Virus record (IMG/VR): IMGVR_UViG_3300029245_000387
DNA: 38,640 bases
Source of the DNA: a virus
Reading direction: 5' to 3' (one strand)
Shown: one piece after another, positions 1-10,367 of the stretch
Layout of the letters: every line of letters starts with the position of its first letter
How positions within the stretch are numbered: the first letter of the stretch is position 1
The notes under the pieces: model-generated
The model's input: only the letters and a program-made list of their open reading frames with translations
Told to the model about the DNA's origin: nothing
The model's database searches: none
Position numbers and translations under genes: made by a program

Positions 1-408
1 ATGAAAAAACAAATATTATTAACTTACCCTGCTATTTTTACTTTGGAAGATAATGAATACTGGGTTGAATTTGTTGACTTAAAAGGTTGTTTTAGTGACG
101 GAAAAACTTTAGCAGAAGCCATGGAAAATGCCAAGGAAGCTATGGGATTATTCTTAGAAGATTTGAATGAATACCCAGAATGTACTACAAATATTAAATC
201 ATTAAAATTAGAGGAAAATCAAATTGTATCTTTCGTTTCTGTTGATTTAGAAGAACACAAGAGAAAATACGAAAATAAATCTGTTAAAAAAACTTTATCT
301 ATTCCTGCTTGGTTAAATACCATAGCTGAAAAAGAAAATGTTAACTTTTCTCAAATACTACAAAAAGCATTAATAGATACTTTAAATGTTGACAAAACAA
401 GAAAATAA
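1..408 (+). CDS. HicB-family antitoxin-like protein
   Basis: N-terminal HicB-like fold pattern (YPAIFTLEDNEYWVEFVDLKGCFSDGKTLAEAMENAKEAMGLFLED) and C-terminal SIPAWLNTIAEKENVNFSQILQKAL ribbon-helix-helix-like tail. The ORF begins at base 1 of the window. Confidence 0.8.
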   Translation: MKKQILLTYPAIFTLEDNEYWVEFVDLKGCFSDGKTLAEAMENAKEAMGLFLEDLNEYPECTTNIKSLKLEENQIVSFVSVDLEEHKRKYENKSVKKTLSIPAWLNTIAEKENVNFSQILQKALIDTLNVDKTRK

Positions 409-457
409 TATTATAATAGTATAAATAATATAAATAATCCTATACGGAAATGAAAAG

Positions 458-491
458 GAAATAGTTATTACCAACAACTATTTCTTTTTTT
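458..491. terminator. Intrinsic terminator after the HicB-like gene
   Basis: Perfect 9-bp stem GAAATAGTT / AACTATTTC, loop ATTACCAAC, followed by a T-rich run. Confidence 0.65.
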
Positions 492-539
492 ATATTAAAA
501 AAGCTAGACTAGAAATTAATCTAATCTAGCTCTAAATAT

Positions 540-1877
540 CTATCTTATTTTTGTACAATAATCTAAACAAATATAACCACTTGGAGTTAATCCCCAGTTT
601 CCTATTACATTTGTAACTGTACATTTCACTCCTCTTACATATCCACCTTTATTTCTTGCACTTCTTGTTAATTCCTTTAATGGTTTAATTCTATATTTTG
701 TACTTGGTCCTGTCCTTACATTTAATTTACTACAATTAACCTTATATGTGCCTGTTGTATATTTTTGAATTGTTGCATTTTTTACAGCTGCTGTATATCT
801 GCTTGTATAAACTAGTGAAATCCAACCTTTGTCTGTTTTTCCCCAGCCATTACTTTCTGCTAATATTGTTACTATAGAATTTTTAGTATAACCACCAACT
901 CTATTATAATTCACACTTGCTCCAGCTCTTATATTTAAACCACCATTTGCTATAATTTTAACTTGGTAATTTATACTAGACACTGCAGATGAATTATCAT
1001 TTATTATAACAGGTGTAGTTGTGTTTTCTTTTATCTGTATTCTATCATTTTTAAAGCAGAAGAATTTTTGGTAATTTGCATATTCTCTAAAATTATCTAT
1101 TGACACATATACTGTATTTCCGCTTACTGTTGCCAATCCCCTTCTACTTGAAACTTCAAATTTTCCATTATACAAATATGGATCATATATTTTTATGTAA
1201 TTGCCTTCTATTCCTGTTAGAACTATAAAATGTCCACCATATGTAAATAATCCCTGATTACAACTTGCTATTATATAATTGTTATCTTTTAATTTTGAAA
1301 TCACATCATCTAATTTATAGCATTCACTATAACCTATATCAAATACATCTGCTGTCCATTTAAATGCGCTCCAATATGTACCTTGATTTGCACTTCTATA
1401 ACCATATTTTACATATAAGTCTGCCATTTTAGCTGGAGTTATTGTTCCTTTTATACTTGACACAACCATTGCTGCACTTGTAGGTCCACAACCACTCGTG
1501 CCTATTGTTTGTGCACTATCTCCTACACTAGAATACATTTTACTTTTCCATCTATTATCTATTTGTGAGAAATATGTTAGTCCGGCATAATCTTCTAGTT
1601 GTATATATGGTGTTTTTTCTGCTCCTTCATATGCAACTTGTCCTTGCTCTTTAAATGCTTCATTTTCTGTTGTTTCTTGTACTTCTAGTATTTGTTCATC
1701 TTCTGCAGTTAAACTTAATATTTCTGTTGTACTTTCATTTGTTGCAATGTCTACTATTGTATCTGTCATTTTTTCTACTACATCTTTTTGTAATTCTTTG
1801 TCATCGCTAAAAGCAAATACAACAAACAATATAATGCACATTAATATTGATGATACTATTATTTTAAATTTTTTCAT
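540..1877 (-). CDS. Phage lysin: C39-like cysteine peptidase plus bacterial SH3 domains
   Basis: N-terminal signal/anchor, YFSQIDNRW...SGCGPTSAAMVVSS...GGHFIVLTG...YDP (peptidase C39_2-like), followed by two SH3-like repeats (LNIRAGAS..., LNVRTGPSTKYR...). Confidence 0.8.
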   Translation of the reverse strand: MKKFKIIVSSILMCIILFVVFAFSDDKELQKDVVEKMTDTIVDIATNESTTEILSLTAEDEQILEVQETTENEAFKEQGQVAYEGAEKTPYIQLEDYAGLTYFSQIDNRWKSKMYSSVGDSAQTIGTSGCGPTSAAMVVSSIKGTITPAKMADLYVKYGYRSANQGTYWSAFKWTADVFDIGYSECYKLDDVISKLKDNNYIIASCNQGLFTYGGHFIVLTGIEGNYIKIYDPYLYNGKFEVSSRRGLATVSGNTVYVSIDNFREYANYQKFFCFKNDRIQIKENTTTPVIINDNSSAVSSINYQVKIIANGGLNIRAGASVNYNRVGGYTKNSIVTILAESNGWGKTDKGWISLVYTSRYTAAVKNATIQKYTTGTYKVNCSKLNVRTGPSTKYRIKPLKELTRSARNKGGYVRGVKCTVTNVIGNWGLTPSGYICLDYCTKIR

Positions 1878-1889
1878 TATCTTCCCCTC

Positions 1890-2210
1890 CTATACAAATT
1901 TACTTAATCCTAAGATAAACGCTATTGCTGTTAATATAATTCCAACAAAAAAAGAAACTACTTTGCTTTTTATTTGCTTTTTAGTTTCTTCATATTCTTT
2001 TGCTGGTTTTTCTTCAATTATTTTTAGGCGTTCATTCATTTTGTTTTGGTCTTCTCTCATTGCCTTCATTTCTGTTGCTATTTCTCGCACACTTAGCGTT
2101 AAATCGTATATGTTTTCAACTTTATTTTCAATACTATCTAATCTTTTAGAATTTGATTTTGAACGTTGCTCATTTTCTACTAATCTTTCAACAACTTTTG
2201 TATCTTGCAT
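1890..2210 (-). CDS. Holin/XhlA-like membrane protein
   Basis: Coiled-coil N-terminus with one C-terminal transmembrane helix, located directly upstream of the lysin gene. Confidence 0.6.
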   Translation of the reverse strand: MQDTKVVERLVENEQRSKSNSKRLDSIENKVENIYDLTLSVREIATEMKAMREDQNKMNERLKIIEEKPAKEYEETKKQIKSKVVSFFVGIILTAIAFILGLSKFV

Positions 2211-2241
2211 TTTCTTCCTCCTTCCGAGAATTTTACACTAT

Positions 2242-3024
2242 CTAATTTGCTATAAATGTGCAATTTAAGTTGTACCAAGCAGAAGTATATGTATTATCTG
2301 AAACCCATTCTAGCATAATTCCTCCAGCCGGAGTTATTATCCACCTACAATATCTAACCCCAGAGCAAAATCCTTCAAAATATATTTGGGTTGCCGGTCT
2401 ATACCCTTCTGGAAGTTGTGCTATTGTTGTTCCTGCCTTAGTAATTCCTGACACTCCTCCTACAATTGTAACAATTCCATTTTCTTTCTTATAAATAGCT
2501 TTTTTAGCAATCCCATCAACTGTTATTCCTGTGGCCAATGGTAAATCCTTCCACTTTTCAATTTTGTATTGTGTACCTGAAGGTAAAGAATCTAAAATTT
2601 CACCATTGCCAAATATTATATCTGAATTAAATCTTTGTGCTGATATTATTTGAACATTAGGAGTACGTGAACCACCTGGCAATTTAAAACAAACAGAAAA
2701 TATACAATTGCTTTCTACTATTATAATATTATCTGAAATGTCAACTCCTTCTGGGTTTAATTGGTTTATTCTTTTAAATTTAACTTTAAAATTGGTAGAA
2801 TCTTGTCTATTAATTTGCAAACTATATATATCATCAAAATCATACTGTTGAGTTGATGTAATTTTAAAAATTATCGTAGCCGTCTTAAATACAGTTTTCA
2901 TATTTACATCAAACAATTTAATATATTTATTTGTATACCCTGAAGAAGTATATAAAATATTTTTTCCATCTGGAAAATCTATTTTGTTTTCAATTTTCTT
3001 AATTAAATTTTTAAGTGTTAGCAT
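2242..3024 (-). CDS. Tail fibre / baseplate-associated structural protein
   Basis: Position in the tail operon; C-terminal QLPEGYRPATQIYFEGF...WNYNLNCTF-type sequence common in phage receptor-binding proteins. Confidence 0.5.
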   Translation of the reverse strand: MLTLKNLIKKIENKIDFPDGKNILYTSSGYTNKYIKLFDVNMKTVFKTATIIFKITSTQQYDFDDIYSLQINRQDSTNFKVKFKRINQLNPEGVDISDNIIIVESNCIFSVCFKLPGGSRTPNVQIISAQRFNSDIIFGNGEILDSLPSGTQYKIEKWKDLPLATGITVDGIAKKAIYKKENGIVTIVGGVSGITKAGTTIAQLPEGYRPATQIYFEGFCSGVRYCRWIITPAGGIMLEWVSDNTYTSAWYNLNCTFIAN

Positions 3025-3457
3025 TATATTCCCCCCTTACTACTAATGTTAAAATATCTCCTGTTTCTAACTGCCAATCTGTTGTTGTCTTTATTTTATT
3101 ACTTATACTATCTGCATCTCCTATTTCTCTATAATGTCCATCTGTTCCAGCATCATCACTACTTAATGCTAGTCTTTCGGTGTCTAAGTATACATCTAAT
3201 ACTTCTTGTCCAACTTGATAATAACAAGGTAATGTTACTTCTGCTCCTGCATTTATATTAGATGTTATTTTTAGTTGGTAAATGTGTGTAAACAAATTCT
3301 TTTGCATTCTATTTATATTATAAGGTGTTAATGGTGTTTCTCCACTATATTCTGCTGGTACAACTTCATATTGTGTTCCTCCCATTTCTACATATGCATT
3401 CTTTACTTTTGTTGCTCCTTTAAACTCAATTATTTTCATTTCTTGCCTCCTTTTCAA
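3011..3457 (-). CDS. Hypothetical phage tail-module protein
   Basis: Long ORF in the tail module between two structural genes. Confidence 0.45.
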   Translation of the reverse strand: MKRRQEMKIIEFKGATKVKNAYVEMGGTQYEVVPAEYSGETPLTPYNINRMQKNLFTHIYQLKITSNINAGAEVTLPCYYQVGQEVLDVYLDTERLALSSDDAGTDGHYREIGDADSISNKIKTTTDWQLETGDILTLVVRGEYNANT

Positions 3458-5072
3458 GAGTTTCTATTCTTTTTATAAGTTTATCTATTTCCTTATCTTT
3501 TTGTTTATCTTTTTCCTGCAATTGTTCTATCATTTCTTGTTGTTCTTGGATTGCTTTAGTTGCTGTAGCAATTATTGGTAATTCGTTAATATAATACCTT
3601 TCCTCAATGTTGTCTTTTTGGGGACGTATAATTACAAAATTAGGGTCTAACATTTCCATCTCTTGTGCTATATAACCTATATCATAATGTTTTCCATCAT
3701 CTTCTTTATCAAATTGTTTATGTTTAATCTTTTTTATTATTTCTAAAGCACTCTGAGAACATTTTTTTATATTTTTCTTTATTCTTCTATCTGATGAAAT
3801 GTTATTAGCATATACATTTCCACTTACACTTAAATCTCCATAGATATTGGCAAGTACATTTGGAAATAGTATGAAATCTACCTTGTTACTTTCTGTACCA
3901 AAAAATATATTTCCTCCACATGCTGATAAATCTCCCTCATCTGTAACTAATACATATGAATTTCCTGTTCCAATTTTAAATGAATCTGATCCAGCTTGAT
4001 TTTTATAAAATTGTATATTATCTAATATTCCCATTGATGCATTTGAAGTAGTAGTTGCAGGCATAATATAAAACAACATCGAATTTGTTTTCTCATCATT
4101 AAAAAATATACCAGGCATAGCATCTGCTTGTATTTTTACACCATTTGAAATTATTCCAGCATTTGATGAATCTAAAACTAAATCACATCCACTTAATACA
4201 AGTTGTCCTGTGCAACCTCCTGAATTTTTAGGTGGCATAGCAAAATCTTTTATGTATAAAATTGGCCAAAATTTTCCATCACTTGTTGTTACTACTCCCC
4301 AAGCCATACCATTTTTTATTTTGGTATTATACTCACTGTCTACTGAAAATGCAATATATTTGTTGTCGTCTTGCGTTTTTACTCCCATTTCTCCAAACTT
4401 TGTTCCACTCTCATGGAAGTGTTGTCCTGATTTATCTAATGACATTAGAACTTTTTTGTTATTATCTAATATTGCCAGACTTGCATTACCATTTAATATC
4501 ATCATTTGAATAAATTCACTTATTTGGTTCCATGCAACCTTTACCGCTTCTGTATTTTGTTGAATATATGTTCCAACTTCTGTTTTACCTACTTTTTTAT
4601 TTACTTCGCTTGTTATTTCTTCTGATTTTACATTTATTGCCGCATTCATTTCTGCTGTTGTTGAATAGCTTTCAAATTTTTGATTTACACTTAATTCAAT
4701 ACCTCGTGTTGATTGATTTATTGCACTATTCATTTCAACCTTCGTAGCAAATATATCATTAAAGTCATTTTTTATTATATATTCTGCATATATCTTATTT
4801 CCAACCATATCAATTAGGTATATATAATTTTCGCCTTCAAAAAGTTCTACTTGTATATTTAGTTTTTGCTTTATTGGAGTTTTTAGCGGTGTTAAAACAT
4901 GATATTCTGATAATTGTAATCGTCTTATAACATATGCATTTTCCTTTTCTATTTCTATACTATCACTTATTTTTCCATTTGTTCTTAGTTCATCTGTATC
5001 AATTAAATATGTCTTTCTATCTGCTGAAGGATTAGTTCTACTTTGCTTGTCTATTATTATTTTATATATCAT
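3426..5072 (-). CDS. Tail/baseplate protein with C-terminal peptidase S74 intramolecular chaperone
   Basis: C-terminus SSDRRIKKNIKKCS...FDKEDDGKHYDIGYIAQEM is the classic S74 chaperone motif, followed by coiled coil. Confidence 0.8.
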   Translation of the reverse strand: MIYKIIIDKQSRTNPSADRKTYLIDTDELRTNGKISDSIEIEKENAYVIRRLQLSEYHVLTPLKTPIKQKLNIQVELFEGENYIYLIDMVGNKIYAEYIIKNDFNDIFATKVEMNSAINQSTRGIELSVNQKFESYSTTAEMNAAINVKSEEITSEVNKKVGKTEVGTYIQQNTEAVKVAWNQISEFIQMMILNGNASLAILDNNKKVLMSLDKSGQHFHESGTKFGEMGVKTQDDNKYIAFSVDSEYNTKIKNGMAWGVVTTSDGKFWPILYIKDFAMPPKNSGGCTGQLVLSGCDLVLDSSNAGIISNGVKIQADAMPGIFFNDEKTNSMLFYIMPATTTSNASMGILDNIQFYKNQAGSDSFKIGTGNSYVLVTDEGDLSACGGNIFFGTESNKVDFILFPNVLANIYGDLSVSGNVYANNISSDRRIKKNIKKCSQSALEIIKKIKHKQFDKEDDGKHYDIGYIAQEMEMLDPNFVIIRPQKDNIEERYYINELPIIATATKAIQEQQEMIEQLQEKDKQKDKEIDKLIKRIETLEKEARNENN

Positions 5073-6380
5073 CTATAACACCTCCTGGTTAGGATATAAA
5101 TTATCACTTGGAAACAATTCGTCGGAAGGAAACAAATTGCTTTCATACTTTTGATTTCCTTCAATTTTTAATATCAATACTTGTGCCTTGCTTGCATTTT
5201 CTAAGTGTATTTCTGTAATTCCTTCTACTTCTCTTTTATAATCTGTAACACTTGATACTTGATCTTTTATTGTATCTATGTCTTGCTCATGTTTTGTTAT
5301 TTTTTCTTCATGTTCTGATGATTCCTGTACTAGTTGTGTTATTTTTCCATCAATTTGATTTATTTCACTTTGTACCCTTTTTATTTTGTTAGAGTTACTC
5401 TGTTTTGTCTGCATACTTTCTTGTTCTGTTTTGACCTGTATTTTGCTTTTTATACTTGCCTTAAATTTTCCCGCATAATTTATCTCTCCTTGATATAAAA
5501 CTTTTTTATCATCAATTATTAGAATATCCCCAATATCATATGCTGGGTCTATTATTGTCTCCCCCTCAAATGCATATACTTCAAAACCTTTGATTTGATT
5601 ATAAATATTCTCTACTTGTTCACTATCAACTATATACATATTGTTTTGATCAATAAATACTGTTGCTTGTGTTTCATCTCCAAATTTATAATTTTGTATT
5701 CCATCTTCATAAGAAACTTTACTTACTTTAAATTTATCACCCCAAGTGAAATCTCCAAACAAATCAATATCAAAATTAACAGTATCTTCTCCAAATGTTT
5801 TTATATAAAGTTTTCCATCTCTGCCTATTACAGCAAATCCGCCCGCTTGTTCTGCAATATAACCTAAATACGTTCTTGCTGTTACGGTGTTGTCATATAC
5901 TGCTATTTGTTTTTTTGAGTTCAGAAAAGAAGTAGAACCCAGTTCTACTCCTACTTTATTGCATATATCTTTTAAGACTTCCAACATTGTTTCTGGATAT
6001 ATTAAATTGCTACCATCATATTTATTATCTTCAAATTTTTTCATATAATCTGTGGCTTTTATCTTTACTTTAAACTCATCATCCTCAATTGGTTTTTGAA
6101 TAGTAAAATAGCCTATTGGAACTACTTCTCCATCTATACCTGTTTCAACATAAACCTCATTGTACACATCTGGCAAGTCTCTTTTATCTATTTCAAATTC
6201 AATATCAATTTCTGGAGTACACCCTAAACAAAATTCATTATTATTAAATAATTCTAATTTTGAACTAAAATCTATAATATGATTTGGTTCGATTTTATTT
6301 CCGTCTATGTATATATTTAATTCATGTTGTATTGAATCATTTAATACTTTATCTTTATAATTTTGACTTGTATTATACAT
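5073..6380 (-). CDS. Phage tail / minor structural protein (baseplate hub-like)
   Basis: Synteny and sequence IDGNKIEPNHIIDFSSKLELFNNNEFCLGCTPEIDIEFEI...IGYFTIQKPIEDDEFKVKIKATDYMKKFE. Confidence 0.65.
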   Translation of the reverse strand: MYNTSQNYKDKVLNDSIQHELNIYIDGNKIEPNHIIDFSSKLELFNNNEFCLGCTPEIDIEFEIDKRDLPDVYNEVYVETGIDGEVVPIGYFTIQKPIEDDEFKVKIKATDYMKKFEDNKYDGSNLIYPETMLEVLKDICNKVGVELGSTSFLNSKKQIAVYDNTVTARTYLGYIAEQAGGFAVIGRDGKLYIKTFGEDTVNFDIDLFGDFTWGDKFKVSKVSYEDGIQNYKFGDETQATVFIDQNNMYIVDSEQVENIYNQIKGFEVYAFEGETIIDPAYDIGDILIIDDKKVLYQGEINYAGKFKASIKSKIQVKTEQESMQTKQSNSNKIKRVQSEINQIDGKITQLVQESSEHEEKITKHEQDIDTIKDQVSSVTDYKREVEGITEIHLENASKAQVLILKIEGNQKYESNLFPSDELFPSDNLYPNQEVL

Positions 6381-6390
6381 TTATAGCCTC

Positions 6391-6813
6391 CTATAAATTT
6401 GCTTTTTTTGAAGCTTGTTTTTGAGCTTCTGTTAGTTCTTTTTGCATTAAATTAAAAGAACACTTCCATCTTGTTTTGAAAGTGTTCGTATTTAATTCTG
6501 TATCTATCATTTCTACTTTTCTTTTTGAAACTCTAAACTTTGCTCCTTCTAAAAATCCACCATTAACAACTGGTACTTTTACATCTAGAATAAATGGGTT
6601 CTTATATGTTTTTTGTATTAGTTTCTCTGCCTCATCTTCTGAATTTAAATCCCATGACATAGAAAGTTTTAACATTCCTATTGCTATCGGATTGTCTATC
6701 AATGCCCCTGTTTTTTTACTTGTATAACTATCATTGTCTGTATCTTCTATATCTGCACTATATGCAGATGGAGTTGGTAAATTTTGTGTTTCTCCATGTT
6801 CTCTCCATATCAT
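6391..6813 (-). CDS. Conserved phage tail-module protein (DUF6711-like)
   Basis: Position between tape measure and hub genes; TPSAYSADIEDTDNDSYTSKKTGALIDNPI...LSMSWDLNSEDEAEKL. Confidence 0.5.
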   Translation of the reverse strand: MIWREHGETQNLPTPSAYSADIEDTDNDSYTSKKTGALIDNPIAIGMLKLSMSWDLNSEDEAEKLIQKTYKNPFILDVKVPVVNGGFLEGAKFRVSKRKVEMIDTELNTNTFKTRWKCSFNLMQKELTEAQKQASKKANL

Positions 6814-6815
6814 TA

Positions 6816-9509
6816 TTAATCACCTACCGTTACTATTGTATTTTTACCAGTTCTCCTAGTTTTTGAGTTTATATAATCTATTGTATCGTCAAATATTTCT
6901 CTTCCTAAGTATTGTATTGTTACATGTAATGGCTGTCCATTACTATTGTTAAAGTCTGATAATACGTCTTCAAAAGTATCTCTCATTATGTTTTGTGGTG
7001 TTACAATTTCTGGGTTAGCTTTAGCTCCAGAGTATTCCCCCGCCAATACTGTTGTTGCCTCTGTTAATACGCCACCTTTAGCTAATCTTGGTATTTGTGG
7101 AACTGATATGGTAGATATCCATCCAAATGGACTTAACCCCATGATATTTACGTTTTTTATTGCTCTTAAGGCTGCATTTAATCCATTAAATGGTATGGCT
7201 ACTACTTTATTAATTCCATTTATTATTGCATTTACAATAGCTTTTAATCCATTAAGTATTCCTTCTTTTATTCCATCAAAAACACGTCCTCCAGAACTAA
7301 ATACATTTTTTACTGCTTGCCATGCTTTTCCAAATATGTTTCCAAACCAATTGGCCACATTCCCAAATACATTGCAAATTCCTTGCCATACTCCCTTAAA
7401 GAAAGCCCCTACTGAACTAAAGGCATTCTTTATTCCTTGTACTGCACTATTAAATGTATCCGAAAACCATTTTCCTACATTACTAAATGCATTACATATG
7501 TCATTCCATCTATCTGCAAACCATTTTCCTATATTTTGAAAAGCTTTTGTTATTGCTTCTTTTGCTTCTTCAAATTTTTGTCCTAGCCATTCTGAAATTG
7601 TTCCCCAGTTCATAATAGCAACTATAACTAATGCTATGACAGCTATTATTCCAGCTATTATAGCTATAAGTGGTAATATTGCTATATTTAATGCTGTTGA
7701 AATAGCAGTTAAAGTTGTTAATATTGGAACTAATATGCTTATTATGGTACTTACTGTCCCAATTGCAACTGCAATTGCTAATATTACTTCTGCCACACCT
7801 GGATTTTCTGCAAGCCATTTAAATATATCTATTAATCCGCTTAACATATCTAGTGCAAGTGTGCCTATTCCTTCGCCAATATCCGCTAATGCATCAATTA
7901 AAGGTTGCCAATCTATCTCTGATATTTTTTCTGTTATTACTCTAAACTTATCTGAACAATTATTTAACCAATTTTGAAATCCTTCACTTTGCACTACATT
8001 GTTTATTGCTGTTAATAGATTATTAAATGCATTTGCTAAATTCTGTACTATTGCATCTCCATTACCGTTATAATTCCATGCATTTGCAAATGCCTCTGCT
8101 ATGTTACCTATAATCGCTAAAATTAGTTCTAATGATTTATATACAGTTCCATTCGTAATTATCTTTTCAAAACTTCCCCATACTGATGATATTAAACCTC
8201 CAACTTGTCCTGCTGTTGTTTTTATTTGTTCCACCAAACCAGGTCCATACTTATTCCAACTATCAACAAGTGGCTTAAAGAAATCATATAATTTTTGTGA
8301 TAGTGCTGACATTTGATTATCTATTCCAGACAAATCAAAACTTGGTGATGTGCCTCCGCCACTTCCACCATCAGAGCTATCATTAGATTGTACATTGTTT
8401 ATTTCACTATGTATATTTGATAAACTTTTTGTTTCTTCTTTCGCTTTTTTTGCGTTTCCAGCCATATTTGCATATGAACTCGCACTTGCTTTAGCAAATA
8501 TATTTACTCTAAACAATGCATAAACAACAGATTGTATAGCTTTCATTAGTTGATATATCAGTCCTGTTACATACTGTATTACAGGTGCAAAAGCTGAGCC
8601 CATTGCATATTTCATATAATCAATATTAGCTGATAATTGCTTTGCTCCTGCATTTTGGCTAGATAACCAACTTTGAGCACAACCACTTAATGTGCTATAA
8701 ATACTTTGTAATGAAAAAAGTGCACCAGCATATTTTAAAATATGTCCAAGCCCATTTTTTAAGCCTCCACCCATATTTCTTATATGTCCTGTCACACTTT
8801 GAGTTATCTTTGATAAATTTTGACCAATACTTGGCATTTTACTAAAAGTATTTTTTGCACCATTCAAACTAGGCTTTACTTGTTCTATTTTTTGCTTAAA
8901 AGCTCCAAAAAAACTACTCAATTTATTTTGAGTAGTTGAAGTTTTAGAGATCTGTTGTCCTAATTCTGCCATTTTAGATTTTGCACTATTTAATAATGCA
9001 TTATATTTTTCAATTTCACTATTTAATTTATCGCTTTGCTTTACTAAACTTTGATAACTTGCATTATTGTCTAATTTTTTATATGTTTCTGCTTTTATTT
9101 GTTTATTTCCAGCCTCTGGCATTTCTTTAATTACAGACTGATTTGTGTCGTTTCTTATCTTATCCAAAGCATTGTTTGTAACATCTAGCTTTAACTGTCG
9201 ACCAGTTATTTTCTTTTGTAGACTATCGATTTCTTTTTCAATTTGTGTTATTTGTTTTTGTGCATCTTTGTTATTAACTTTAATTGCTATTTTGTTGTTT
9301 TCAGAACTCTTTTTTAAGTCCTGCATCTTCTTTTTCATAAAGTTAACTGCTTGATGTAATTTGCTTGTCATTGTCTTTGTGTCTACTTTTGAAAAAGCCT
9401 CTTGAACTTGTTTCATTTTTTCTTTTATTGCAGGTAACATTTTTTCAAATTCTTTTAATGCTTCTTCTACTTTTGCAGTTACTACTATCTCTATTTCCTC
9501 TACTGTAAT
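6816..9509 (-). CDS. Tail tape measure protein (probable ATT start at 9509)
   Basis: Large ORF with coiled coil and hydrophobic segments, W-rich repeats (KWFADRWNDICNAFSNVGKWFSDTF). The reading frame is open to 9509, where SD AGGAGG sits 8 nt upstream of ATT ACA GTA GAG GAA. Confidence 0.85.
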   Translation of the reverse strand: MTVEEIEIVVTAKVEEALKEFEKMLPAIKEKMKQVQEAFSKVDTKTMTSKLHQAVNFMKKKMQDLKKSSENNKIAIKVNNKDAQKQITQIEKEIDSLQKKITGRQLKLDVTNNALDKIRNDTNQSVIKEMPEAGNKQIKAETYKKLDNNASYQSLVKQSDKLNSEIEKYNALLNSAKSKMAELGQQISKTSTTQNKLSSFFGAFKQKIEQVKPSLNGAKNTFSKMPSIGQNLSKITQSVTGHIRNMGGGLKNGLGHILKYAGALFSLQSIYSTLSGCAQSWLSSQNAGAKQLSANIDYMKYAMGSAFAPVIQYVTGLIYQLMKAIQSVVYALFRVNIFAKASASSYANMAGNAKKAKEETKSLSNIHSEINNVQSNDSSDGGSGGGTSPSFDLSGIDNQMSALSQKLYDFFKPLVDSWNKYGPGLVEQIKTTAGQVGGLISSVWGSFEKIITNGTVYKSLELILAIIGNIAEAFANAWNYNGNGDAIVQNLANAFNNLLTAINNVVQSEGFQNWLNNCSDKFRVITEKISEIDWQPLIDALADIGEGIGTLALDMLSGLIDIFKWLAENPGVAEVILAIAVAIGTVSTIISILVPILTTLTAISTALNIAILPLIAIIAGIIAVIALVIVAIMNWGTISEWLGQKFEEAKEAITKAFQNIGKWFADRWNDICNAFSNVGKWFSDTFNSAVQGIKNAFSSVGAFFKGVWQGICNVFGNVANWFGNIFGKAWQAVKNVFSSGGRVFDGIKEGILNGLKAIVNAIINGINKVVAIPFNGLNAALRAIKNVNIMGLSPFGWISTISVPQIPRLAKGGVLTEATTVLAGEYSGAKANPEIVTPQNIMRDTFEDVLSDFNNSNGQPLHVTIQYLGREIFDDTIDYINSKTRRTGKNTIVTVGD

Positions 9510-9565
9510 AAGTCATTCCTCCTTTCATATTTTCCAAATAAAAAACACCTACCTAAGTAAGTGTT

Positions 9566-10354
9566 TTATTTTATTTTATCCAATAATTCTTTTTTCTTCA
9601 TTGCAAATTCATAATCTGTCAGGATTCCATCTTTGTACAATTTAGATAACCTTTCAATTTGAATACTTGCATTCTCTTCTGTTATATATTTATGTTCTAC
9701 TTTTGTTATAGTTCCTGTCTCTATATACTTTTCATTATTCTGAGATATAATAATTTTTAATGTTGATATTATATTTTGTGCATTATTCATATATTCTTTA
9801 TATTTTTTACTATCTTTCAAAATACTTCTTTTACCATATTTACAATTAAATATAATTCTTGGATTGTTTATATCTGTTGTCGTTATATTTAATGAAAGTG
9901 TTGTACATAAATTTGTTTGGAACGTTGTATAATTCGTTTTCATCTTTTTTGAACCTTTAATTTTACTATTTCCAACAGTATTTGATATTGAAGTTCCGCC
10001 TTCTATTAATTCACAGTCCAAAATTTGAGAAAATCCATATACTGTATCTAAGATTTTTAATTTATGTTCTTCTTCATTAATATAAAAATTGTCACATAAT
10101 TTTTTAAATCCCTGTTGAATCAAATTTCTTTCTTTTTGCAATTTTAATTCTTTTCGTTTTTTCTCTCTTTTTACTGCTTTTACAAGTACATATATCAATA
10201 GTGCTAGAATAAGTTCCAATACTAATATAGACGGAGCTACTGCTATGCAAGCTATTTCAAAAATTATTATTGGTATTGATATAATTACCATTAAAACAAT
10301 AAACCACCATCTTTTATATATAGCTTTTGTTGTCTCTTTAGAATGTACTTCCAT
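9566..10354 (-). CDS. Membrane protein with C-terminal SHOCT domain
   Basis: Two N-terminal TM segments and terminal IERLSKLYKDGILTDYEFAMKKKELLDKIK (SHOCT). Confidence 0.65.
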   Translation of the reverse strand: MEVHSKETTKAIYKRWWFIVLMVIISIPIIIFEIACIAVAPSILVLELILALLIYVLVKAVKREKKRKELKLQKERNLIQQGFKKLCDNFYINEEEHKLKILDTVYGFSQILDCELIEGGTSISNTVGNSKIKGSKKMKTNYTTFQTNLCTTLSLNITTTDINNPRIIFNCKYGKRSILKDSKKYKEYMNNAQNIISTLKIIISQNNEKYIETGTITKVEHKYITEENASIQIERLSKLYKDGILTDYEFAMKKKELLDKIK

Positions 10355-10367
10355 TTTTACTTCTCCT

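Noticed and set aside
2220-2232. TCGGAAGG between 2210 and 2242 as a possible recoding site
   Set aside because: It is in the ribosome-binding/intergenic segment after the stop of the 2242-3024 gene, not inside a coding sequence.
1747-8316. Plus-strand ORFs such as 1747-2268, 4210-4509, 6946-7539 and 7570-7818 antisense to the late operon
   Set aside because: They lack RBS and domain character and are antisense shadows of well-supported minus-strand genes.
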